Positions 63,199 through 64,000 of a stretch of DNA of 64,000 nucleotides are shown here, piece after piece (position 1 is the stretch's first letter; each line of letters begins with the position of its first letter). Both the position numbers and the translations under genes were made by a program. The stretch is from Obrimoposthia wandeli. Taxonomy: Eukaryota. The notes below the pieces were generated by a model, which saw only the letters and a list, made by a program, of their open reading frames with translations, made no database searches and was not told where the DNA came from. Where the stretch lies: contig CDROCS010005425.1 of assembly GCA_977020255.1 (NCBI GenBank), positions 62,001 to 126,000 of the forward strand, read 5' to 3'.

Positions 63199-63401
63199 GT
63201 AAGTTTCTTATTAATGTTACTTTGTAAGACTCTTATATAATTTTATAATTTTTTTTTAAAACTTCTAACTTCTTGAAGTTATAAGACCAGCTATTACTGA
63301 TGCTATAGCGGGCAGTATGGCCAATAGGAATCCGCCATTTTGATTATAAATAATGTTTCTTTTATTAATTTTACCACGTGAATTTGCTAAATTTATTAAT
63401 G

Positions 63402-64000
63402 AGTAGGTAGAAGGATGGAGTCTAGATCACTTGACCCCCCACCCCACTGTGTGCGCACACCAAGTTAAAGGGTGTCACACCATAAGGGTGTCACACCATA
63501 AGGGTGTCTTGCCACACCATAAGGGTATATGTTGCCTCACCATATAAATGTCACACCATGAAGGTATATGTTGACTCACCATAAGGGTGTCACACCATAA
63601 GGGTATATGTTGCCTCACCATAAGGGTATGGCTCAGAAAGGTTAAGATAGGGGGAGGGGGGAAGGGTCAATTGATCTAGTCTCCACCCTTCTTTGATATA
63701 TCACTATGGTCGTCCATAAATCAAAGGGTCAAGGTCAGTTTTGACTTGAAACTTTGAAGGTATAATTAAGGTCAACTATGGTCGGCCAACATACCCAAGG
63801 GGTTGTGGTCGTCCATAATTCAAAGGGTCAAGGTCAGTTTTGACTTGAAACTTTGAAGGTATAATTAAGGTCAACTATGGTTGACTAACACATCTAAAGG
63901 GTCATGAACGTCCATAAATCAAAGGGTCAAGGTCAGTTTTGACTTGAAACTTTGAAGGTATAATTAAGGTCAACTATGGTTGGTCATCACATCTAAAGGG
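63402..64000 (+). mobile_element. Second Polinton terminus in the same orientation (runs off the window)
   Basis: Starts with the identical AGTAGGTAGAAGGATGGAGTCTA and has the same internal repeat architecture as 55218-55860, but is not identical. Confidence 0.88.

Larger units (their letters stand above)
55218..63401 (-). mobile_element. Polinton/Maverick element (decaying; pPolB, ATPase and second end not seen)
   Basis: AGTAG-type terminus with about 1 kb of repeat-rich terminal region, followed by co-oriented protease, major capsid, penton and retroviral-like integrase genes with compact spacing (TAATG overlap at 61802). Confidence 0.92.

Noticed and set aside
55218-64000. Reading the two direct terminal repeats as LTRs of a retrotransposon
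   Set aside because: No TG...CA ends, PBS, PPT or RT; the enclosed genes are Polinton capsid, protease and integrase.

Overview
This is AT-rich eukaryotic (probably animal) genomic DNA; the species cannot be named from the sequence. Three host genes are supported. (1) A divergent PP2A B55 regulatory subunit (PPP2R2/twins) on +, with five firm coding exons at 14148-31502, a probable sixth terminal exon at 32282-32412, and its N-terminal exons not found in the window. (2) A complete four-exon lysosomal-type histidine acid phosphatase on - (37390-42923, 418 aa). (3) A divergent Maf-family bZIP factor on + (53087-53584). Introns and intergenic DNA are littered with decayed transposons (Tc1/mariner, Tigger, Chapaev3-like, hAT, LINE, Gypsy), plus a small Gypsy derivative with three tandem 143-bp LTRs (48.4-51.5 kb). 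From 55218 to the end lies a decaying Polinton/Maverick: integrase, penton, small core protein, intact major capsid protein, adenain protease and a DEDD-like ORF. No pPolB or packaging ATPase is visible. Its most unusual features are a second terminus in the same orientation at 63402, a fold-back stem inside each terminus with compensatory changes between the two copies, and a small spliced gene encoding a U1/matrin-type zinc finger that the ORF track misses. All alignments, translations and counts were done by eye; no database searches were run.
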